Of a DNA stretch of 64,000 nt, positions 55,938 to 64,000 are shown in pieces. How positions within the stretch are numbered: position 1 is the first letter of the stretch; every line of letters starts with the position of its first letter. This stretch comes from a virus (lineage: Duplodnaviria; Heunggongvirae; Uroviricota; Caudoviricetes). The stretch lies in the IMG/VR virus record IMGVR_UViG_3300029852_000006; one strand, written 5' to 3'. The translations under genes and the position numbers were made by a program. The notes beneath the pieces were generated by a model, which was given only the letters and a program-made list of their open reading frames with translations, made no database searches and was not told where the DNA came from.

Positions 55938-56510
55938 ATGAATTTCTTTACTGCTGACCTTCATTTTTCTCACCGTAACATTATCCGCTTCGATGACCGT
56001 CCGTTTCCTGACCTGCCCTCTATGCACGCGGAGCTTATCAAGCGCTGGAACAGCGTTGTCTCTCCGGATGATAATGTTTATGTCATTGGCGATATGTTCT
56101 GGGACCCGTCCGAAGCTCCTATGATCCTTGAACAGCTCAATGGCCATATCCATCTCATCAAGGGCAACCACGATAAAATCTCACCGGAAATGATGCGCTA
56201 CTTTTCTTCCATCAAGGGCTATGATGAACTCACAGCCGGCAAATACAAACTTATTCTCTGCCACTACCCTATCATGTTCTACAACCACTCCTATTCGCCG
56301 GAGTGCTACATGCTCTGCGGCCACGTCCATAACACCCGTGAGAACGCCTATCTCGCCAAGTGGAAAGCAGAACTGCGCGATAATGCGGTCGGTATCGCCA
56401 GTAACAAGGGCAACATCATCAACGTTGGCTGTATGCTGCATGATTATACCCCCAAAACCCTTAACCAGCTCATTACCTGGGATAAGGAAGGAGGCTGGAA
56501 AGTTGAGTAA
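55938..56510 (+). CDS. calcineurin-like metallophosphoesterase
   Basis: 'FFTADLHFSH', 'VYVIGDMFWD', 'IKGNHD', 'CGHVH' phosphoesterase motifs. Confidence 0.7.
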   Translation: MNFFTADLHFSHRNIIRFDDRPFPDLPSMHAELIKRWNSVVSPDDNVYVIGDMFWDPSEAPMILEQLNGHIHLIKGNHDKISPEMMRYFSSIKGYDELTAGKYKLILCHYPIMFYNHSYSPECYMLCGHVHNTRENAYLAKWKAELRDNAVGIASNKGNIINVGCMLHDYTPKTLNQLITWDKEGGWKVE

Positions 56511-56707
56511 AACAATCTTTACCTTTACAGAAGAATTTGATGATGCCGGCCATCTCATCAAACGCACCATCACAACCGAACAGGGCGAAACAATTTTGCC
56601 GGTAACGCCAAACACCAAGCCGATTGATAACATGCCGTTTATCCCCACTCCAACCCCCTGGATAGCGCCGCCTGATATGACTTGTAATTCTACTGGAGGT
56701 ATCGTCC

Positions 56708-56974
56708 ATGAATCCTAAAGAATTTGAACTGGCTGCCTGCACCGCCATCTCCCGCTACTTCAATGATAACGCTGATGTAACTGGTGTCTATCTGTCACCG
56801 GATGATATCTACACCGTCTGGTCGTGCAAAACTCTTCAAAACAATAAAGGTCTTTTCACCACCCCTGTCAAAGACGGCCTGTATTACGAAGTTATCTATA
56901 ACGGCGATAAACAGGAACTCTACATTGACTGTTATCAAAAGCTTAAAAACTTTGCAGTAAAAATCAGCGAATAA
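56708..56974 (+). CDS. hypothetical small protein
   Basis: ORF. Confidence 0.4.
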   Translation: MNPKEFELAACTAISRYFNDNADVTGVYLSPDDIYTVWSCKTLQNNKGLFTTPVKDGLYYEVIYNGDKQELYIDCYQKLKNFAVKISE

Positions 56975-57023
56975 AACAACAAAGCCCCTATCCACTGTCA
57001 CCCAGTGGACGGGGGCTATCTTT

Positions 57024-57476
57024 TTAGTTCAGGCCAAAATCAGCGAACAACGGGTTCTTCAACAGCATCCCCACAATCACATACCGGTAAGATTTCACAC
57101 TGCCGTCATAGTAAAGGGTTCCTCGTATCCTCTGCTTTTTCACCAGTCCGGCCATGAACTCTGCCTGCTCTTTTGTAAAGTACAAAGAAACCTGCGGGTA
57201 GTTCTTGTCATCCAGCCGCGTTGTAATGTGCCGGTTGATTTCCAGTTCTGTCGGTAGCACATAGCTTCCTTCCAGGTGCGGCATCAAAGCCCGGTATTCT
57301 TTGGTATCTTTCATCACGCAGCGGTCGGCACCCACCGCCATCATCCTGCCAAGCTCTTCCTGCAATAGCCGGTTTGTCACGGTTCCAATGCGGGTATCTT
57401 CAACCTCGGCCTCATCGTTCAGCACCTCGCGTACACGCATACTCAGCCGCAGGTTGATTTTCACTTCCTTTGCCAT
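57024..57476 (-). CDS. hypothetical protein (minus strand, co-oriented with parAB)
   Basis: ORF downstream of parB in same orientation. Confidence 0.45.
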   Translation of the reverse strand: MAKEVKINLRLSMRVREVLNDEAEVEDTRIGTVTNRLLQEELGRMMAVGADRCVMKDTKEYRALMPHLEGSYVLPTELEINRHITTRLDDKNYPQVSLYFTKEQAEFMAGLVKKQRIRGTLYYDGSVKSYRYVIVGMLLKNPLFADFGLN

Positions 57477-58669
57477 TACTTAACCGTCTCCAGCAGCTCT
57501 TTCAGCTTCGCAGCTTTTTCAATCAGCTCTGTCAGCGTCTTAATGTCTTCTGCCCGCTGTTCCTGGCTCATCTTTTTCAGTCCTCTCTTATATGCCGGCG
57601 TTGCAATCTTCTTACCAATCTTACCGGCCAGCGGCTGTAAAGTTTTCTGAACAAATGTTTTGGTTTCGGCTTTCTTTTCAGCTACCTCCACCTCGCGTTC
57701 AAGTGCAGCCTGTTTTTCAGTTTCCTCAGTTGCGTTTTCCGTTTCTTTTTCAACCAGTGTTTTAATTCCGTTTTTCAGCTCTGTCAGTACATCTTCAAAA
57801 AGTTGGTCGCGCTCTTCCGTTGAGCCGCCTTTCCAAACGTTTTTCAACCCTGCCATAACTTCATTCTTAATCTCGTCTTGTAGATCTTTTACCTCTGGGT
57901 TTTCAATGGCAAAAAGTTCCTCAAACAAAGAACCAATTCTCTGTTGCTGTTCCTGGTTGAGCCTTGTTAATTCTTCGCCTTCATTTCGTGTCAGATACTT
58001 TTCATCTAACATTTGCAGCAGCTGCTTATTTAACGTATGTTCAATTCGTATGTCTTTATCAATCGTCCGCCCAACTGCACCACTGATTTCCTTCAGGGCT
58101 TTCTTGGCCTCGGCCTGGTTCATGTTATATGGCTCTTTTTGCAGACACTCAATAAATTCAACTGTTGCCTTGCGCCGGATCATTTCATCACCAAAACCAC
58201 CACGCACCTGCAGGTTCGCGCTGTACAAAATAACTTTCTTTTCATTGGGGGATAGGGGAGTGGTAACTACATTACAGTTCTTGGCCGCATTCCAGGTCGC
58301 ATCCTGTTCCTGCAACAGCATCAATGCCCGGTATCTCCGCTCGCCAGAAAGCAAAACATATACCGTCTTACCATCTTCCTGCTCCGGGAACATGACCAGG
58401 TTGTGCAGCAGGCCATTGCGCTTAATGTCTTCGGCTAATATTTCAATATCTTCTCCATTGTCATTCTGGCGAAAAATCTCGTTGTCTGGGTTCAGCCGGA
58501 TATCTGCCAGGCTGATATCCTTATTTTCAAACTCAATGGTCTTATTACCAACGATCTTTCCAACCAGGGCACGGCCGGCATCGTTATCGTTCACTTCTTT
58601 TGCTGCACTGCTGGTAGGAATGTTCAGTTTCTTTTCATTGCCTTTCTTCGGCTTCGATTTCAAACCCAT
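57476..58669 (-). CDS. parB: ParB-like partition protein (ParB/Srx N-terminal domain)
   Basis: 'GLLHNLVMFPE...VYVLLSGERRYRALMLL' ParB box; start placed at MGLKSK after RBS AAGGAGG. Confidence 0.7.
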   Translation of the reverse strand: MGLKSKPKKGNEKKLNIPTSSAAKEVNDNDAGRALVGKIVGNKTIEFENKDISLADIRLNPDNEIFRQNDNGEDIEILAEDIKRNGLLHNLVMFPEQEDGKTVYVLLSGERRYRALMLLQEQDATWNAAKNCNVVTTPLSPNEKKVILYSANLQVRGGFGDEMIRRKATVEFIECLQKEPYNMNQAEAKKALKEISGAVGRTIDKDIRIEHTLNKQLLQMLDEKYLTRNEGEELTRLNQEQQQRIGSLFEELFAIENPEVKDLQDEIKNEVMAGLKNVWKGGSTEERDQLFEDVLTELKNGIKTLVEKETENATEETEKQAALEREVEVAEKKAETKTFVQKTLQPLAGKIGKKIATPAYKRGLKKMSQEQRAEDIKTLTELIEKAAKLKELLETVK

Positions 58670-58670
58670 C

Positions 58671-59525
58671 TCACTTTTCCTCCTTGTCCAGTTTTTCAAG
58701 CCTCTGTTTTAGCTCTTTATAAGCCGCCACATAGCTCCTGCCAATCGGCTGGGTCTTAGCAGAATAACATACCGGTACACATCTTCTTACCGATGTTTTC
58801 ACAGCCAAAGCGCTGGGTATTTCAGTCTTGAACAGGGTAGAGCCAAGCACTCTCTGGCATTCTTCCCGCGTCTCTCTCGTGGCCGCGCCCTTGTCCACCA
58901 TGGTCAAAATCACGCCGATTCCTTTCAGGTTCGTCTTTGGGTTCTTGCGCAGCTCATTGCAGATGGAATAAGTTCTAAATGCCGAATCCTCAGAGAACGA
59001 ATCACACATCATTGGGATCAATACATAATCCGCTGCCACCAATGCGTTTGAAAGGATCATACTGTCACGGGTTGGCTGGGTATCCACAATGATATAATCA
59101 TAGTTTTCCCGCACCTGGTTCAAAAAGTATAGCAAAAAGTCGGCCGTAGATTCCAACCGTCTTGGGTCGCCCACATCATACTGCTGCGCATCAGCCAATA
59201 GGTCCGGCAGCCGCTTGTTGATCCGCGGTGTCTGGCTGCTTGCCGGGATCATATCAACATTCTCATACTCTGTCCCCACAATATATTCCTTCGTGGAGGT
59301 ATACTTGAACCCGTCAAACATATCATACAGTGCTTTGCGGGAATAGGCATTGCTCGTGATTGTATTGCCGCCGCTCAACGCAAAGGTCAGGTTGCCCTGT
59401 GGGTCAGTGTCCACACACAAAACCTTTTTTCCTTCATCTCCCATTAAGTAAGCAAGGTTAGAAGCAGTAACTGTTTTACCAGAGCCGCCCTTTTCAATCG
59501 CAATCGTAATAATTTTTGCAGCCAT
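58671..59525 (-). CDS. parA: ParA-family partition ATPase
   Basis: Deviant Walker A 'KGGSGKT'; start at MAAKIITIA after RBS GGAGGG. Confidence 0.8.
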   Translation of the reverse strand: MAAKIITIAIEKGGSGKTVTASNLAYLMGDEGKKVLCVDTDPQGNLTFALSGGNTITSNAYSRKALYDMFDGFKYTSTKEYIVGTEYENVDMIPASSQTPRINKRLPDLLADAQQYDVGDPRRLESTADFLLYFLNQVRENYDYIIVDTQPTRDSMILSNALVAADYVLIPMMCDSFSEDSAFRTYSICNELRKNPKTNLKGIGVILTMVDKGAATRETREECQRVLGSTLFKTEIPSALAVKTSVRRCVPVCYSAKTQPIGRSYVAAYKELKQRLEKLDKEEK

Positions 59526-59680
59526 ATACAGCCCTCCATGTAAAAGAACCAATTCTTTGTTGCTATTTTAATTTCATTATAACACATCAACACTCAAAGT
59601 CAACAAGCAAAAGAATCAGTTCTTTGTTGCTGTAATAAAGTTAAAAATAGGGGAGCCACCTCGTCAGCAGCTCCCCCTGG

Positions 59681-61234
59681 TTATTCTTCAAATGTTGTTT
59701 CATCCAGCCGGAACATCGGCTCTTTGCCGTCCTGTCCCATCCGCCGTTTTCCGCTTTCAATGATCGTGGCGGAATTTTCTACAATGTCGCTGTACACCAC
59801 CGTGCGGTAATACTGCGCAGATTTCTTTTCCACATCCTGCCTCAGCATCACGCTAAACTTTTCCAGTTCACCCAACGCCCAGCTTTTCAACCCGTGGTTA
59901 TTCTGGATGATTCCATTCAGCGCTTCCAGTGTTTCTTCAGCCTGGTCTTGTTTGTTCTGGTTAGTCAATATCTTGGCCGCATAAGTAAACACATTTGCCA
60001 AAACATTCCGCTCTTCTACGGTCAGCTCCTTCTTGTAGCCCGCATATCCAGCCCGGTCTTCTATCTCGCCCCGCGCCTTGCGGAACGTCATTCTCATCAC
60101 AGCCGGGGGCAGGGGAGAGACCTCTCCGGTTTCAGCCGCCAACACAGCTTGTTTCTTCGCCTTTTGTTGGCGTGCCACCTCCTGGTCATTGCGCTGGTTC
60201 GCGCTCAAAAACGCCCGCACCTTCTCCATCTCTTTGCGTGATTTGTACTTGATAAAAATATACAGATGGGTGTATTTCCGCACGCCTTTGGTTCGCACCG
60301 GCTCATAGTCAAACCACAGGTCTGTCATCTCGTTGATTTCATTTTTTACCAGCTTCAAAACATTGCGTTCAAAGTCTGAAAAATTCGGGTACTTTTCTGT
60401 CAACGGTTTTTCGCGGTCATACTTGTTATCCACATCGGACTTTTTGCGGTTCATACCGCGCTCTTCTTTGGTCGGTACAGACAGCAGGTTTTTGAAATCA
60501 TCAATGCCAAACTTTTTGTACTTGTATCCGCGCAGCTGGCTCCGCTTGGCGGGGAACATCCCCAGCACCTCGTCCGTCACCGGCTCAAACACCAGCCCAT
60601 TGGCGTATTCGTAGTCCCGGTTGCCGTTATCATAAGATAAGATAATTTCATACACACGCATAGAATAGGTGCTCTGCATCATCAGCAAGTATTCAATACT
60701 GTAAGATGTGTAGTTGCTTGTCAGCTGGGCAATGTCTTTCCAAATGTCCTCATTAAACCGCATACTGATGGTTTTGCCCTCAGTATCAATAATCGAACCT
60801 TTGCGTACCCAGCTCATGCTCTTGTACTTGGTCGGGGCAATCGGCACCCAAAATGTCCGGTTCTCCAAATTTTCAATCGTGTGCTGCAAATATGCCACAT
60901 AGGCCGGCTTTTCCGCGTTCACACCAGTCAGTTTTGAAAAGTCGCTGAACGTAATCGTGTAATACTTCGAAGCATCCGTGTCATTTTTCTGGTCAATTTT
61001 GGAAAGCAGCATGAACAAAATTTTCTGCTCGTTGCGCGGCAGGGAATACTTGGTCTTCTGGATCAGGTCATTGCTCTTGGTGATGTAAGAGCCAACGGCA
61101 AAAGGGGAGCCGGTCTTCTTTTCCTGCTCCTTTTTCGCCTTAACCTCTTCGTCCGTCATCACCTCTCCGGTAATCGCCGTTCCTGTGCCTGCACGGTTTA
61201 CTTTTTGGTCTTTCATCATTCTGTTCGCCCGCAT
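59681..61234 (-). CDS. plasmid-type replication initiator (Rep_3/RepB-like)
   Basis: 'YSLPRNEQKILFMLLSKIDQKN...YTITFSDFSKLTG...YLQHTIENLENRTFWV' matches Rep_3 initiator pattern; adjacent iteron array. Confidence 0.55.
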   Translation of the reverse strand: MRANRMMKDQKVNRAGTGTAITGEVMTDEEVKAKKEQEKKTGSPFAVGSYITKSNDLIQKTKYSLPRNEQKILFMLLSKIDQKNDTDASKYYTITFSDFSKLTGVNAEKPAYVAYLQHTIENLENRTFWVPIAPTKYKSMSWVRKGSIIDTEGKTISMRFNEDIWKDIAQLTSNYTSYSIEYLLMMQSTYSMRVYEIILSYDNGNRDYEYANGLVFEPVTDEVLGMFPAKRSQLRGYKYKKFGIDDFKNLLSVPTKEERGMNRKKSDVDNKYDREKPLTEKYPNFSDFERNVLKLVKNEINEMTDLWFDYEPVRTKGVRKYTHLYIFIKYKSRKEMEKVRAFLSANQRNDQEVARQQKAKKQAVLAAETGEVSPLPPAVMRMTFRKARGEIEDRAGYAGYKKELTVEERNVLANVFTYAAKILTNQNKQDQAEETLEALNGIIQNNHGLKSWALGELEKFSVMLRQDVEKKSAQYYRTVVYSDIVENSATIIESGKRRMGQDGKEPMFRLDETTFEE

Positions 61235-61374
61235 AGCCTGTCCGCCATGTCAAGCTCAACCTCCAAATCACAGTGTATGTATCGCATCGCACAGGTGGGT
61301 ATACCTAACGCATTATATCTTTATCTTACCCTATTTTTATCCGCTCGTCAAGCCTGATTTTTTTGCGCTTTTCT

Positions 61375-62062
61375 TCAAAACAAAACTCGTAGTAAAATTT
61401 TTTGCGCTTATTATTATTTATTATTTATATTTTATATTTATATTATATAAGGTATATTGCGAGTTTCTTTTACACAAGCTGCGAGGTTCTTTTATTCTAC
61501 ATACGAGTTTCTTTTATACGGGCTACGAGTTTCTTTTATTCTTGCTACGAGTTTCTTTTACGCAAAATCCTGCCTTTCGCTGTCAAACAACCTCGTAATT
61601 GCCATCAAAAAATCTCGCAGTTCGCATCAAACAATCTCGTAATTCACGTTAAATTTTTTATTTCCTGCGCTTTTCGTCAAACAAACTCGTAGTTTTAAGC
61701 CAAACGGATAGGGTAGGGGAGTGGTCCCGCCCCTGGTTTTTTACGCCTTTTCAAATCAAAAAAACTCGTAGTTAATTCCGCTGCATCAACCATCCATATC
61801 TGGCCGTCTGAACCATATTTTTTCAATCTTTTGGTCAAACAAACTCGTAATTCTGGCTATGGGTGGTCATAAATCAACTTCAAGTCCTGCCATGCGCCGC
61901 CCGTCCATACCATCCTGGCTTTATTACAATCGGTATTTTTTGCACTTTTTCACCGTAAAAGAAACTCGTAGTTCAGCTCTAAATGCTCTGCTCATCAATC
62001 GGCAGCAGGGGAGAGGGGGCTGATTTTTTTGCAGTTTTCGGCGTAAAACAAACTCGTAATAG
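61375..62062. repeat. iteron array / putative origin
   Basis: ~9 dispersed direct copies of (C)AAACAAACTCGTA(G/A)T on the top strand. Five 21-22-nt tandem copies of its reverse complement (CGAGTTTCTTTTA) at 61459-61560, preceded by a 60-nt AT-rich tract (61400-61460). Confidence 0.7.
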
Positions 62063-62242
62063 CTGCAGCAGCCAGCGCCGGTCGGATTCAATCTTGTCGC
62101 ATGTATCATCTATCAATTCATAAACCGTTCATATTGGCCGTTTTCCCAGTTTCACACCCCATAAACCCATATACCAAAAAGTATACACCCCACATGCCGG
62201 CAGTTCAACAAAAATCAATCCCGTCAACCAAATAATAACCGC

Positions 62243-62318
62243 GTACACATTCTTGGGTATAACTTTGTACAACCTGCCTATTGTATTCGTACCCATAAAT
62301 GTGTACAATAAGGTCAAT
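62243..62318. promoter_or_regulatory. cluster of TGTACA palindromes upstream of the HTH gene
   Basis: gcGTACAca, ttGTACAac, gtGTACAat within 75 nt; candidate operator. Confidence 0.3.
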
Positions 62319-62346
62319 CTAAAAAGCAAATCAGGAGGGAACAAAC

Positions 62347-63036
62347 ATGGAAATCAAACCTATGGGTAATACAGAACAGGAAAAAATGTCCAGCTTGTGG
62401 GGTTATTTCATCGCGTGCTGCAAAATTCTTGATGATGTTACAATCGAGTATCAAGAACCCTGTGTGTCGGATTACTACCTCAATCACATTAGCGTCATGC
62501 AAAGCAAAACAATCCTTTCCGGCATGGAAAAATTTCATACCCTTGCTAATGAGCGTGTGGTTAAAATGCCCTCTAAACTCTATCCTCAAGGCAAAGCCGT
62601 TCTGGATGTAATGACTGCTATTGTTGCCGCCAGCGGAAAATACCCGATTGCCAAAACCAGAATCGCAGATCTGCATGAATTTGAGCTTCTGGCTCGTGCG
62701 ACAATCGGTACCTGCTGGAGAGAGGGTAATATGCTCAAGGTTGTCCGCAATCTGGAGGGTATCTCCCTACAAAAACTGGCGGAAAAAAGCGGCGTCAGCA
62801 AAAACACAATTTTCCGCATTGAGAACAACCAGTCTATCCCGCGCATTGATGTTCTGCGTAAGCTTGCTGATGCTCTGGAAGCCCCTCTGGAACTTGTAGC
62901 CATTGGCATTGGTAAAACCGAACCGGAAACAGCCCCTGAAGAAGAAGTTCCTAACCCCCATGCCCCTAAATTGCCAAGCGTTTACGATAGCCAGGATCGT
63001 AGCGCCGACGATGAAATCAAAGCTTTTCAAGAATAA
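62347..63036 (+). CDS. XRE-family HTH regulator (C-terminal HTH)
   Basis: 'ISLQKLAEKSGVSKNTIFRIENNQSIPRIDVLRKLADAL' HTH_XRE. Confidence 0.65.
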   Translation: MEIKPMGNTEQEKMSSLWGYFIACCKILDDVTIEYQEPCVSDYYLNHISVMQSKTILSGMEKFHTLANERVVKMPSKLYPQGKAVLDVMTAIVAASGKYPIAKTRIADLHEFELLARATIGTCWREGNMLKVVRNLEGISLQKLAEKSGVSKNTIFRIENNQSIPRIDVLRKLADALEAPLELVAIGIGKTEPETAPEEEVPNPHAPKLPSVYDSQDRSADDEIKAFQE

Positions 63037-63051
63037 AAAAGGTAAATCACA

Positions 63052-63792
63052 ATGCCTCAAAAATTAGAAATTGCACCCAACACTGTTTTTGATCAGTGGA
63101 CCGTCATCGGCCGTTCTAAAGACCCGGCAAAAGCGAAAAAGGGATATCTTGAATGCCGTTGTTCTTGCGGAACTGTTTCTGATGTTTCCGGGCACTCACT
63201 CATTAGCGGGAAAAGTAAATCATGCAAAAAATGCGGGTATGCAAGATCGGCGCTTACTAAATTAGAAGCAAACACTAAAAATTCAAAAAAAAAATATGAA
63301 GGCAAAACAATCAACGGTTTTTTTATAAAAAAGATTGTTGATAAAGAAAAAAGCGGCACCTGTACCAGATGTATTGCAATTTGTCCCAAGTGTGGGCGCG
63401 AATTCACAACGCGGTTGTCAAGCATAAAGAATTTACAATTCTGTGGTCATTGCGAACGAGACAAAAAAGAACTATTGGAAATAACCAGAAAAGTCGTAAA
63501 CGTGGATGGAACCGACTTGTCAAAAATTCGTTCGCGCATAAACGGAACAGTAAATAAAAACTCTAAAACCGGAGTAAACGGTGTTGCACTTACCCAAAAA
63601 GGAACCTACAAAGCATATATTAACTTTAAGCATAAACGCATTCACCTTGGCTTCTTCACCAATCTAAAAGACGCAGCCGCTGCCAGAAAAGAAGCCGAAG
63701 AAATTCTTTACAATAAATTTTTAGACGATAACGCCGGTTGGGAACAGCGCCTGGCAGACGCAATGGCCGAATACAAAAAGAATAAGAAATAA
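63052..63792 (+). CDS. zinc-finger + AP2-domain protein (homing-endonuclease-associated DNA-binding module)
   Basis: Several CxxC pairs and C-terminal AP2 'TGVNGVALTQKGTYKAYINFKHKRIHLGFFTNLKDAAAARKEAEE'. Confidence 0.55.
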   Translation: MPQKLEIAPNTVFDQWTVIGRSKDPAKAKKGYLECRCSCGTVSDVSGHSLISGKSKSCKKCGYARSALTKLEANTKNSKKKYEGKTINGFFIKKIVDKEKSGTCTRCIAICPKCGREFTTRLSSIKNLQFCGHCERDKKELLEITRKVVNVDGTDLSKIRSRINGTVNKNSKTGVNGVALTQKGTYKAYINFKHKRIHLGFFTNLKDAAAARKEAEEILYNKFLDDNAGWEQRLADAMAEYKKNKK

Positions 63793-64000
63793 CCGCCAAC
63801 TTCGCTAAAGCTTAATTTAGCGAAATATAGGTGACCCAATAAAATTTTCAAAACCTCCTTGACATATGACACAAAATGTCGTGTCCTATAACCAAAGGAA
63901 CGACATAAAACGTCATGTGAACAGGAGGCTTTCTTATGGCTCTTACTACGGAACAGGTTTTTGCACTGGGTATTCTTTATAACAAGCTCGCCACGATTGT

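Noticed and set aside
61375-62062. Possible CRISPR array (regularly recurring ~17-nt repeats)
   Set aside because: Spacing is irregular (21 to ~100 nt), the repeats occur in both orientations, no cas genes are present, and the repeats lie next to a Rep_3 initiator. Interpreted as iterons.

Overview
The window reads as a phage or phage-plasmid genome segment. Genes are tightly packed and almost all on the + strand, with Firmicutes-like ribosome-binding sites (GGAGG / GAAAGGAAG) upstream of most starts.

- **Replication and nucleotide-metabolism module (~34.4–52 kb):** a Sak4-like ATPase, a DnaB-like helicase, a DnaG-like primase, a Cas4-like nuclease, a DnaE/PolIIIα-like polymerase, an ERCC4-type nuclease, ThyX, NrdH, NrdD, NrdG, a ferredoxin-thioredoxin-reductase-like protein, Dut and PhoH.
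- **Plasmid-type backbone at the 3' end, on the − strand:** ParA, ParB and a Rep_3-like initiator, next to an iteron array.
- **Accessory content at the 5' half:**
  - a four-gene cassette of a candidate ubiquitin-like protein, a possible E2-like protein, a JAB/JAMM peptidase and a ThiF/E1-like enzyme (3938–7088);
  - a stand-alone reverse transcriptase (7479–8669) flanked by long structured noncoding regions;
  - a conserved hairpin RNA/DNA motif present in seven copies with compensatory stem changes;
  - two tandem arrays totalling 13 paralogous small proteins that all end in a conserved ...[S/T]FD[D/S]L[L/M][K/Q]G(G) motif followed by a short variable tail;
  - two IscB (OMEGA, Cas9-ancestor) nucleases, one inside an IS200/IS605-like element with hairpin ends, the other inside a tRNA-rich, mostly noncoding 3.7-kb island (tRNA-Gly, tRNA-Thr and a type-II tRNA with an atypical anticodon loop);
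  - a MazF/EndoA-like toxin, a CinA-C/PncC-like NMN deamidase, an HNH-AP2 homing endonuclease abutting the polymerase gene, a 5'-truncated SPFH gene, and a ~140-nt degenerate second copy of part of the RT gene.

The long − strand ORFs in the six-frame track that overlap + strand genes are treated as antisense artefacts.
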